A DNA stretch of 5,599 nucleotides from a virus (lineage: Duplodnaviria > Heunggongvirae > Uroviricota > Caudoviricetes): IMG/VR virus record IMGVR_UViG_2585427748_000010. One strand, written 5' to 3'. Both the position numbers and the translations under genes were made by a program. Below the pieces are notes generated by a model. It did not search any database and was not told the origin of the DNA. It was given only the letters and a program-made list of their open reading frames with translations. Below are positions 1-5,599 of the stretch, one piece after another. Each line of letters starts with the position of its first letter. Positions within the stretch are counted from its first letter, which is position 1.

Positions 1-1073
1 CCTGTTGCCGGTGCGACCATATCGTGCAGGCACCAGTACCTTCAAAACCCATTGCACGCAGTTATGCCGGAGCGGGGCTTCTGGCCCATGTTGTCACCGG
101 GAAATATGCAGACCATCTGCCGTTATACCGCCAGTCAGAAATATACCGTCGTCAGGGAGTGGAGCTGAGCCGTGCCACACTGGGGCGCTGGACAGGTGCT
201 GTTGCTGAACTGCTGGAGCCGCTGTATGACGTCCTGCGCCAGTATGTGCTGATGCCCGGTAAAGTCCATGCTGATGATATCCCCGTCCCGGTCCAGGAGC
301 CGGGCAGCGGTAAAACCCGGACAGCCCGGCTGTGGGTCTACGTCCGTGATGACCGTAACGCCGGTTCACAGATGCCCCCGGCGGTCTGGTTCGCGTACAG
401 TCCGGACCGGAAAGGTATCCATCCACAAAATCACCTGGCCGGTTACAGCGGTGTGCTTCAGGCCGATGCTTACGGTGGTTACCGGGCGTTATACGAATCC
501 GGCAGAATAACGGAAGCCGCGTGTATGGCTCATGCCCGGAGAAAAATCCACGATGTGCATGCAAGAGCGCCCACCTACATCACCACGGAAGCCCTGCAGC
601 GTATCGGTGAACTGTATGCCATCGAGGCAGAGGTCCGGGGCTGTTCAGCAGAACAGCGTCTGGCGGCAAGAAAAGCCAGAGCCGCGCCACTGATGCAGTC
701 ACTGTATGACTGGATACAGCAACAGATGAAAACACTGTCGCGTCACTCAGATACGGCAAAAGCGTTCGCATACCTGCTGAAACAGTGGGATGCACTGAAC
801 GTGTACTGCAGTAATGGCTGGGTGGAAATCGACAACAACATCGCAGAGAACGCCTTACGGGGAGTGGCCGTAGGCCGGAAAAACTGGATGTTCGCGGGTT
901 CCGACAGCGGTGGTGAACATGCGGCGGTGTTGTACTCGCTGATCGGCACATGCCGTCTGAACAATGTGGAGCCAGAAAAGTGGCTGCGTTACGTCATTGA
1001 ACATATCCAGGACTGGCCGGCAAACCGGGTACGCGATCTGTTGCCCTGGAAAGTTGATCTGAGCTCTCAGTAA
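1..1073 (+). CDS. IS66-family transposase (TnpC/orf3 type), 5'-truncated by the window edge
   Basis: The frame is open from nt 3 (codons 3-5, 6-8 ...) to TAA at 1071-1073; the ORF-track start at 24 is an internal GTG. The translation [17 protein letters not shown]...[38 protein letters not shown]...[10 protein letters not shown]...[35 protein letters not shown] matches the conserved IS66 transposase core as I remember it (Cys cluster, LPLYRQ, ADD-PV, NWMF-GS blocks). Confidence 0.9.
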   Translation, partial: CCRCDHIVQAPVPSKPIARSYAGAGLLAHVVTGKYADHLPLYRQSEIYRRQGVELSRATLGRWTGAVAELLEPLYDVLRQYVLMPGKVHADDIPVPVQEPGSGKTRTARLWVYVRDDRNAGSQMPPAVWFAYSPDRKGIHPQNHLAGYSGVLQADAYGGYRALYESGRITEAACMAHARRKIHDVHARAPTYITTEALQRIGELYAIEAEVRGCSAEQRLAARKARAAPLMQSLYDWIQQQMKTLSRHSDTAKAFAYLLKQWDALNVYCSNGWVEIDNNIAENALRGVAVGRKNWMFAGSDSGGEHAAVLYSLIGTCRLNNVEPEKWLRYVIEHIQDWPANRVRDLLPWKVDLSSQ

Positions 1074-1079
1074 ATATCA

Positions 1080-1103
1080 ATACGGTTCTGACGAGTCGCT
1101 TAC
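1080..1103 (+). repeat. Probable right terminal inverted repeat of the IS66-family element
   Basis: Lies between the transposase stop and the ...CGCTTAC end. The exact IR length cannot be set without the left end. Confidence 0.35.
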
Positions 1104-1145
1104 GTAAGTAGTACGCATCTTACCTCTTTTTTAGAGATAACCATT

Positions 1146-1256
1146 ATGACAATAGAAAAACACGAAAGAAGCACTAAGGATTTGGTGAAAGCAGCAGTAT
1201 CGGGATGGCTGGGCACTGCGCTTGAATTTATGGATTTCAAGAGTCATGCGTGTTAA
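1146..1256 (+). pseudogene. N-terminal fragment (36 codons) of an MHS-type MFS transporter, disrupted at the prophage junction
   Basis: ATG at 1146 gives MTIEKHERSTKDLVKAAVSGWLGTALEFMDF, then KSHAC and a stop. The G-x-x-x-E-(F/W)-x-D-F block matches the N-terminal signature of metabolite:H+ symporter MFS transporters (ProP has ...LGNAMEWFDF...). The frame leaves the expected hydrophobic TM1 continuation right after ...FMDF and stops 20 bp before the integrase gene end, as expected for a gene split by phage integration. Possibly a ydfJ-like gene, but I cannot verify this. Confidence 0.45.
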
Positions 1257-1275
1257 CTATTTGATAAATATTAAA

Positions 1276-2571
1276 TTAATTTTTCATTGCTTCGTTATGG
1301 GGCATGGTTGGGGCAAACTCGCTTAACTGTGTATTTAACAAAGCTACCTGTGCATTATTGTTTTCAGACATCCATTTTCCGTATACCTGAAATACCATTT
1401 GCGCATCTGCATGGCCCATCTGGTTTGCTATAAATGCCGGGTTAGCACCAGCTGTCAGCGACCAGCAGGCATAAGTATGTCTCGACTGATATGATTTTCG
1501 ATGGCGGAGTCCGGCACGTTTTATCGCTGCGTCCCACATCTGCCTTATTGAGTCAACGGTAAAATGGTCACCATAATTTTTTACTCTCGCTGACACTTCA
1601 GGTTGAAAAACAAAGGTGCATTTTTGTTTTTCTGTTCTGCCATACTCTCTGAGGTGAACATCAATGATATGCTCTTTGCTCAGTCTCGTTAATGTCATCT
1701 GACTCCGGAGAGCGTCGATTGCTGGCTTAATAAGATGAATGCCCCGATTGGTTCCCGCCTGTGTTTTTGGTACCGTGAAACGGTCTTTTGCTAAATTTCT
1801 CCTGATCATCATTGTTCCATTTTTCAGATCTATGTCCTCCCATCCAAGTGCACACAGCTCACCAGGGCGAACTCCAGTATAAACAGAAACACACCATAAA
1901 TTTTTTGCTTGCTGATTTCTGCACGCATCGATAAGACGGATAAATTCTTCCCGCGAAAGAGGATCCGGAATGGTTCTTGATTCCTTTAATGGCGAGATCC
2001 CCTTAAACGGATTATCTGCCAGGTAACCGTTATCAACACCAAACTGGAACACGGCGTTAAGATTTGTCATGTAATTATTTACAGTTACAGCCGATCTCCC
2101 TGGTTGTGTAACAATATAGTTACTTTTGGGGATCTGGTATCCAGTCAGTAACTCTTTACGAACCTCCAGTAATTTTTCTTTATTAATCGATGAGGCAAGA
2201 TTTTTTTCACCGATTATGCTCAGGATATTTTTGATGACGGCACGGTATGTGTTGAGTGATGTTTTGGCGACTTCAGTTTCTTTCAGTGCCAGAAATTTTT
2301 CAGCCAGTTCTTTTATGGTTAAATCTTGTCGGGCCTCACCAAATTTTTCCAGATTGCGTGAGGAGGGAAACTGTTTTGCATAGTCGAAAACACCAGTTTT
2401 TATTGCGTAACAAACAGAGGAGCGTAGTTCACCTGCAACGCGCCTGTTTTTTGCTGTGTCAGGAACCCCCAGATTTTCCCTGACTCTTACGTCTTTATAA
2501 ACAAACCAGATACGTAATTTCCCTCCATGGTTTTCCACGCCTGTCGGATATTTCATTTCAACTTCTCTCAT
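1276..2571 (-). CDS. int: Phage integrase, tyrosine site-specific recombinase with an N-terminal arm-binding-type domain
   Basis: A 431-codon ORF. The N-terminus MKYPTGVENHGGKLRIWFVYKDVRVRENLG resembles the arm-DNA-binding region of lambdoid integrases. The C-terminal catalytic region has VRPGELCALGWEDID (box I Arg), SRHTYACWSL (His/Arg box) and GHADAQMVFQVYGKW (His and nucleophilic Tyr). The more likely start is the second ATG at 2556 (MKYPTG...), preceded by GAGAGAAG; the first ATG is at 2571. Confidence 0.9.
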   Translation of the reverse strand: MREVEMKYPTGVENHGGKLRIWFVYKDVRVRENLGVPDTAKNRRVAGELRSSVCYAIKTGVFDYAKQFPSSRNLEKFGEARQDLTIKELAEKFLALKETEVAKTSLNTYRAVIKNILSIIGEKNLASSINKEKLLEVRKELLTGYQIPKSNYIVTQPGRSAVTVNNYMTNLNAVFQFGVDNGYLADNPFKGISPLKESRTIPDPLSREEFIRLIDACRNQQAKNLWCVSVYTGVRPGELCALGWEDIDLKNGTMMIRRNLAKDRFTVPKTQAGTNRGIHLIKPAIDALRSQMTLTRLSKEHIIDVHLREYGRTEKQKCTFVFQPEVSARVKNYGDHFTVDSIRQMWDAAIKRAGLRHRKSYQSRHTYACWSLTAGANPAFIANQMGHADAQMVFQVYGKWMSENNNAQVALLNTQLSEFAPTMPHNEAMKN

Positions 2572-2590
2572 TAGTTAGTGTGGCTTTTAG

Positions 2591-2842
2591 TCAAGTAAGA
2601 TGACGTCTTGGTCTCGCTGATGCCTGGCGCTCAATCCAGCGATCAATTTCTTCCAGGTTGTAAAAGCATGGACTGTTATCCCATGGCATACCGTCATGAG
2701 CGACATGCTTATATTCCCTTCCTTCCATAAACGATTTTTCCCGGGCCTTTTTTAACGTACCTTTTTTTATTCCTTTCAGCGCAATTAACTGCTCTTCGGA
2801 TACCCATTTGCCGGGAGAGACAATCATGATTACTTCGCTCAT
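2591..2842 (-). CDS. xis: Excisionase (lambda Xis-like winged-helix DNA-binding protein)
   Basis: An 83-codon ORF immediately upstream of int on the same strand, with a 19-34 bp gap. It contains W-x-S/T...EGREYKHVA, which parallels lambda Xis ...DGREYLFHE. Size and position are typical of Xis. Alternative start at 2827 (MIVSPGKW). Confidence 0.75.
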   Translation of the reverse strand: MSEVIMIVSPGKWVSEEQLIALKGIKKGTLKKAREKSFMEGREYKHVAHDGMPWDNSPCFYNLEEIDRWIERQASARPRRHLT

Positions 2843-2871
2843 CGATTTCTTTATCTCTTACATCAGACGAG

Positions 2872-2903
2872 CGCCGGTTGCAGAATACCAGTCACAACCG
2901 GCG
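2872..2903 (-). promoter_or_regulatory. Perfect 9-bp inverted repeat (CGCCGGTTG ... CAACCGGCG, 14-nt spacer) between the exonuclease-domain gene and xis
   Basis: Read directly: 2872-2880 is the exact reverse complement of 2895-2903. There is no U-run after it on either strand, so it is not a canonical intrinsic terminator; it may be an RNA stem-loop, processing site or protein-binding palindrome. Confidence 0.3.
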
Positions 2904-2914
2904 ACAGTTGAACA

Positions 2915-4546
2915 TTAAGAATCAGCCTGACTCGGGATCAGTTTTTGCCAGATAACTGAAACGTATTTTGCCTGGTAACGGGCGTCATCAAGTGCATTAT
3001 GGCGCTCACCTTCGAATGGAATAGCCGTTCTGGCATCGAAGTCTATGGCTTTCCCCAGCTCAACGATTGTGCGTACATCGCGATCGTTGTAGTAACGCCA
3101 CGGGCAGGGGATCCCCTGCCGTTCGTATGAACGGCGCAAAATCGTGTTGTCGAAGTTGGCTCCATTTCCCCAAACCTGAACAAAAAATTCACCGGAGTTT
3201 TCGTCGATAAATTCTCGCAATTGTAACAGTGCATCATCTAACGGGATTTCATCGGTCATAATGGCAGATTGCGCTTCGCGTGATTGCTTAAGCCACCATT
3301 TAATGGTGTCCCGATCAATGACTCCGCCAGCAGTTTCCAGATCGATAGTCTTACTAAATTCCGGTCCCATATCTCCGGTTTGCGGATCGAAAAATATTGC
3401 ACCTATTGAGATGATCGGGGCATCAGGATTTTTTCCCATGGTTTCAAGGTCGATCATTAGATGGTCACACGTCCTGCTGGTGGATGTGATTTCGTGATGA
3501 CCGTTCACCTTAATTGGGTGATCTGCCGTCTCGCCAGTTTCATTATCGCTATTGTGATGCTGATTGCCGCCAGTGTTCTCCTTGTGTGGATGTTCAGCGC
3601 CTTCCATTTCCTCCGGATCATCTTCCTGAACTTCAACCTGATACTCTTCATCGAATGTTTCTTGGTATGTTGCGTCGCCCATCACCGCGCCACAATCAGG
3701 GCAGTTGCCGCCGCCGGTCTGACCGCAGGCGGTGCAGACTTTTTCCACTTCCTGTTGCGCTACTGGTTCAGGCTGTTTCGTTTCTGGCTCGTTTTGTAAC
3801 GCATTTGGACTGTTTTGTTCCGCTTTTTGGTAGTTCCGTTCCGATTCATGCTGGTTCTGGTTCACAGAATCGCGGGTCTGGAGCCCCTTAACCCATTTCG
3901 GATCATTCGGGTCACTAATCCCTTCAACAAATTCACCACGTGATGCAGCAAGCAACTTATCGGCGTCAGGCTGGCTGATATTGGCTGCCTGCATAATTTT
4001 GTTTACTTCGTCAGCGGTAACTTTTATCGGCTCTGGTTGTTCTGAATCTTCAGCGGTATCTACATTTTGCGGTAAGCCCGTGTATGTGCCATTTTTTCGG
4101 GCAAAATATTCTTCTTTTGTGATTTCAGTGGCGCCAGCAGCCAGTGCCTTATCCAGACCAGAGAGTTTGTTTGCGCGACCGTATTTTTCTCCGTCCTTAT
4201 CTGCGAAGAGGAAATAGAACGGCCCCTCACGCTCTACAGATGGTTCAGCTTCCGGCGCGGTTTCATTTTTTGGGATATCAGATACCTCAGTTTCCACTGC
4301 ATCAGTTTGTGTTTCTGATGACTGGAGAACATCAACAGTGCCCAGGTCTGTTTCTTCATTCTCAAACACGCCCTTTGTCGTCAGGTATTCGCAGATATAT
4401 TTGTTCAGTGCTACGGGATCTTTGTGAATGTCGATCGGACGCTCACGGACAAGGCCAAAAATAGTTTGGCGGTCGTAGCGAAGGGCATCAGGCTGTTTGC
4501 GCATTGATGCCGAGATACGCTGAGGTAGCCTGAGTTTAACGGACAC
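2915..4546 (-). CDS. Prophage early-left-region protein with central zinc ribbon and C-terminal DEDDh 3'-5' exonuclease domain; 5' end fused to or truncated by an IS terminal repeat
   Basis: A 543-codon ORF. The C-terminal ~180 residues carry DnaQ-like motifs: Exo I HLMIDLETMG, Exo II VWGNGANFDNTIL, Exo III ERHNALDDARYQAKY (DEDDh type), plus the ...DTIKWW... block seen in Rv2179c-like/phage small exonucleases. Residues 271-285 are CTACGQTGGGNCPDCG (CxxC-x8-CxxC). Long Glu/Pro/Gln-rich linkers and a His-rich patch (EHPHKENTGGNQHHNSDNETGETADHPIKVNGHH) precede the nuclease domain. The first 9 codons (GTG at 4546 down to 4520) lie inside the IS3-family left end, so the annotated start is chimeric. 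Confidence 0.7.
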   Translation of the reverse strand: MSVKLRLPQRISASMRKQPDALRYDRQTIFGLVRERPIDIHKDPVALNKYICEYLTTKGVFENEETDLGTVDVLQSSETQTDAVETEVSDIPKNETAPEAEPSVEREGPFYFLFADKDGEKYGRANKLSGLDKALAAGATEITKEEYFARKNGTYTGLPQNVDTAEDSEQPEPIKVTADEVNKIMQAANISQPDADKLLAASRGEFVEGISDPNDPKWVKGLQTRDSVNQNQHESERNYQKAEQNSPNALQNEPETKQPEPVAQQEVEKVCTACGQTGGGNCPDCGAVMGDATYQETFDEEYQVEVQEDDPEEMEGAEHPHKENTGGNQHHNSDNETGETADHPIKVNGHHEITSTSRTCDHLMIDLETMGKNPDAPIISIGAIFFDPQTGDMGPEFSKTIDLETAGGVIDRDTIKWWLKQSREAQSAIMTDEIPLDDALLQLREFIDENSGEFFVQVWGNGANFDNTILRRSYERQGIPCPWRYYNDRDVRTIVELGKAIDFDARTAIPFEGERHNALDDARYQAKYVSVIWQKLIPSQADS

Positions 4547-4847
4547 TCCTTCCTGAAATAGAATGGCATCAGAAGGAGCTAATAATGAGCAGAAAAACCC
4601 AACGTTACTCTAAAGAGTTCAAAGCCGAAGCTGTCAGAACGGTTCTTGAAAATCAACTTTCGATCAGTGAAGGCGCTTCCCGATTATCTCTTCCTGAAGG
4701 CACTTTAGGACAATGGGTTACCGCCGCCAGAAAAGGGCTCGGTACTCCTGGTTCCCGCACGGTGGCTGAACTGGAATCTGAAATTCTGCAACTGCGTAAG
4801 GCGTTAAATGAAGCTCGCCTTGAGCGAGATATATTAAAAAAAGCAAC
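4521..4847 (+). mobile_element. IS3-family insertion sequence (IS600-like), left end plus orfA, interrupted at 4848 by IS30
   Basis: Starts TGAGGTAGCC... (IS3-family ends are TG...CA); orfA starts 65 bp inside, which is typical spacing. An A7G run at 4836-4843 sits where IS3-family elements carry the programmed -1 frameshift site between orfA and orfB. Identity with IS600 is from memory and unverified. Confidence 0.7.
4585..4847 (+). pseudogene. IS3-family transposase OrfA (helix-turn-helix/leucine-zipper subunit), 3'-disrupted by the IS30 insertion
   Basis: Translation MSRKTQRYSKEFKAEAVRTVLENQLSISEGASRLSLPEGTLGQWVTAARKGL...LESEILQLRKALNEARLERDILKKAT is a typical IS3-group OrfA. After codon ~88 the frame runs into IS30 DNA; the ORF-track tail ...VDSIGQRNSYVKTWGCGGFLNETNIYSRGKSLCF is a read-through of the IS30 left end. 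Confidence 0.8.
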
Positions 4848-4873
4848 TGTAGATTCAATTGGTCAACGCAACA
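4848..4873 (+). repeat. IS30 left terminal inverted repeat (about 26 bp)
   Basis: TGTAGATTCAATTGGTCAACGCAACA at the start of the IS30 segment. The length is taken from the known IS30 structure, not measured against a right end. Confidence 0.65.
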
Positions 4874-4909
4874 GTTATGTGAAAACATGGGGTTGCGGAG
4901 GTTTTTTGA

Positions 4910-5599
4910 ATGAGACGAACATTTACAGCAGAGGAAAAAGCCTCTGTTTTTGAACTATGGAAGAACGGAACAGGCTTCAGTGAAATAGCGAATATCCTGG
5001 GTTCAAAACCCGGAACGATCTTCACTATGTTAAGGGATACTGGCGGCATAAAACCCCATGAGCATAAGCGGGCTGTAGCTCACCTGACACTGTCTGAGCG
5101 CGAGGAGATACGAGCTGGTTTGTCAGCCAAAATGAGCATTCGTGCGATAGCTACTGCGCTGAATCGCAGTCCTTCGACGATCTCACGTGAAGTTCAGCGT
5201 AATCGGGGCAGACGCTATTACAAAGCTGTTGATGCTAATAACCGAGCCAACAGAATGGCGAAAAGGCCAAAACCGTGCTTACTGGATCAAAATTTACCAT
5301 TGCGAAAGCTTGTTCTGGAAAAGCTGGAGATGAAATGGTCTCCAGAGCAAATATCAGGATGGTTAAGGCGAACAAAACCACGTCAAAAAACGCTGCGAAT
5401 ATCACCTGAGACAATTTATAAAACGCTGTACTTTCGTAGCCGTGAAGCGCTACACCACCTGAATATACAGCATCTGCGACGGTCGCATAGCCTTCGCCAT
5501 GGCAGGCGTCATACCCGCAAAGGCGAAAGAGGTACGATTAACATAGTGAACGGAACACCAATTCACGAACGTTCCCGAAATATCGATAACAGACGCTCT
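4910..5599 (+). CDS. insI: IS30 transposase, 3'-truncated by the window edge (first 230 codons)
   Basis: ATG at 4910 with the frame open to the last base of the window. Translation MRRTFTAEEKASVFELWKNGTGFSEIANILGSKPGTIFTMLRDTGGIKPHEHKRAVAHLTLSEREEIRAGLSAKMSIRAIATALNRSPSTISREVQRNRG... matches the IS30 transposase N-terminal HTH region. Missing from the ORF track only because no stop codon falls inside the window. Confidence 0.92.
   Translation, partial: MRRTFTAEEKASVFELWKNGTGFSEIANILGSKPGTIFTMLRDTGGIKPHEHKRAVAHLTLSEREEIRAGLSAKMSIRAIATALNRSPSTISREVQRNRGRRYYKAVDANNRANRMAKRPKPCLLDQNLPLRKLVLEKLEMKWSPEQISGWLRRTKPRQKTLRISPETIYKTLYFRSREALHHLNIQHLRRSHSLRHGRRHTRKGERGTINIVNGTPIHERSRNIDNRRS

Larger units (their letters stand above)
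1..1103 (+). mobile_element. IS66-family insertion sequence, right-hand portion (left part lies upstream of the window)
   Basis: Contains the 3' part of an IS66-type transposase gene ending at 1073. About 30 bp downstream the sequence ...gacgagtcgcTTAC ends at 1103; IS66-family ends are GTAA.../...TTAC from memory. The following 8 bp GTAAGTAG (1104-1111) could be the 8-bp target duplication typical of this family, but this cannot be confirmed without the left end. Confidence 0.75.
4848..5599 (+). mobile_element. IS30, left ~750 bp (element continues beyond the window)
   Basis: Begins TGTAGATTCAATTGGTCAACGCAACAG..., which I recognise as the IS30 left end. The transposase ATG is 62 bp inside the element, as in IS30. 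Confidence 0.9.

Noticed and set aside
5-510. Plus-strand ORFs 5-208 and 268-510
   Set aside because: These are alternative frames of the IS66 transposase coding region; the transposase frame (phase of nt 3) carries the conserved motifs and these do not.
94-964. Minus-strand ORFs 94-564, 580-951 and 743-964 inside the IS66 transposase gene
   Set aside because: They lie antisense to or overlap a well-supported transposase gene, their translations are Arg/Pro/His-rich low-complexity with no recognisable motifs, and GC-rich DNA routinely yields such open frames.
1104-1275. tRNA gene or tRNA 3' fragment at the prophage attachment site
   Set aside because: No cloverleaf-compatible sequence (no GTTC-type T-arm followed by a CCA-like end) was recognisable; the junction lies in a protein-coding fragment instead.
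2126-2483. Plus-strand ORFs 2126-2383 and 2256-2483
   Set aside because: Antisense to the integrase gene, with no start context or recognisable features; likely spurious.
2872-2903. Rho-independent terminator call for the GC-rich hairpin
   Set aside because: No T/U tract follows the stem on either strand.
3043-4464. ORFs 3043-3237 (-), 3261-3497 (+), 3461-3799 (+), 3514-3891 (+), 3981-4217 (+) and 4144-4464 (+) within the 543-codon gene
   Set aside because: All are overlapping or antisense frames of the exonuclease-domain gene, with Arg/Cys/Leu-rich translations typical of non-coding frames. None has independent support.
2915-4546. Calling the 543-codon protein RecE/exonuclease VIII
   Set aside because: RecE's nuclease is a C-terminal PD-(D/E)XK 5'-3' exonuclease, whereas this protein ends in a DEDDh 3'-5' exonuclease. 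I cannot verify any residue-level similarity without a search, so no RecE assignment is made.
4585-4953. The 122-aa ORF as a genuine protein
   Set aside because: Only the first ~88 codons are IS3-family OrfA; the remainder is read-through into the IS30 left end, so the product is an insertion artefact.
4855-5049. Minus-strand 64-aa ORF over the IS30 left end
   Set aside because: Antisense to the start of the IS30 transposase gene with no supporting signals.
1-5599. CRISPR array or other short tandem repeat structure
   Set aside because: No regularly spaced direct repeats were seen anywhere in the window.

Overview
This 5.6 kb window looks like a decayed lambdoid-type prophage arm from an enterobacterial (E. 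coli/Shigella-like) chromosome, hemmed in by three different insertion sequences. All calls rest on reading the six-frame translations and the DNA by eye; no database search or computation was run. Left to right: (1) the 3' part of an IS66-family element, with the transposase running in from the window edge to 1073 and a probable right end near 1103; (2) a 36-codon N-terminal fragment of an MHS-type MFS transporter (1146-1256) that loses its family motif just before the prophage begins, suggesting the phage integrated in this gene; (3) on the minus strand, an apparently intact integrase (1276-2571) and lambda-Xis-like excisionase (2591-2842); (4) a 543-codon minus-strand ORF (2915-4546) combining acidic linkers, a CxxC-x8-CxxC zinc ribbon, a His-rich patch and a C-terminal DEDDh 3'-5' exonuclease domain; its first nine codons are encoded by an IS terminal repeat, so the native N-terminus is lost; (5) an IS3-family (IS600-like) left end and orfA (4521-4847) cut at 4848 by IS30, whose transposase (from 4910) runs off the window. 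No CRISPR array, rRNA or tRNA was recognised. The most interesting item is the exonuclease/zinc-ribbon protein; I cannot support a specific novel system beyond it.
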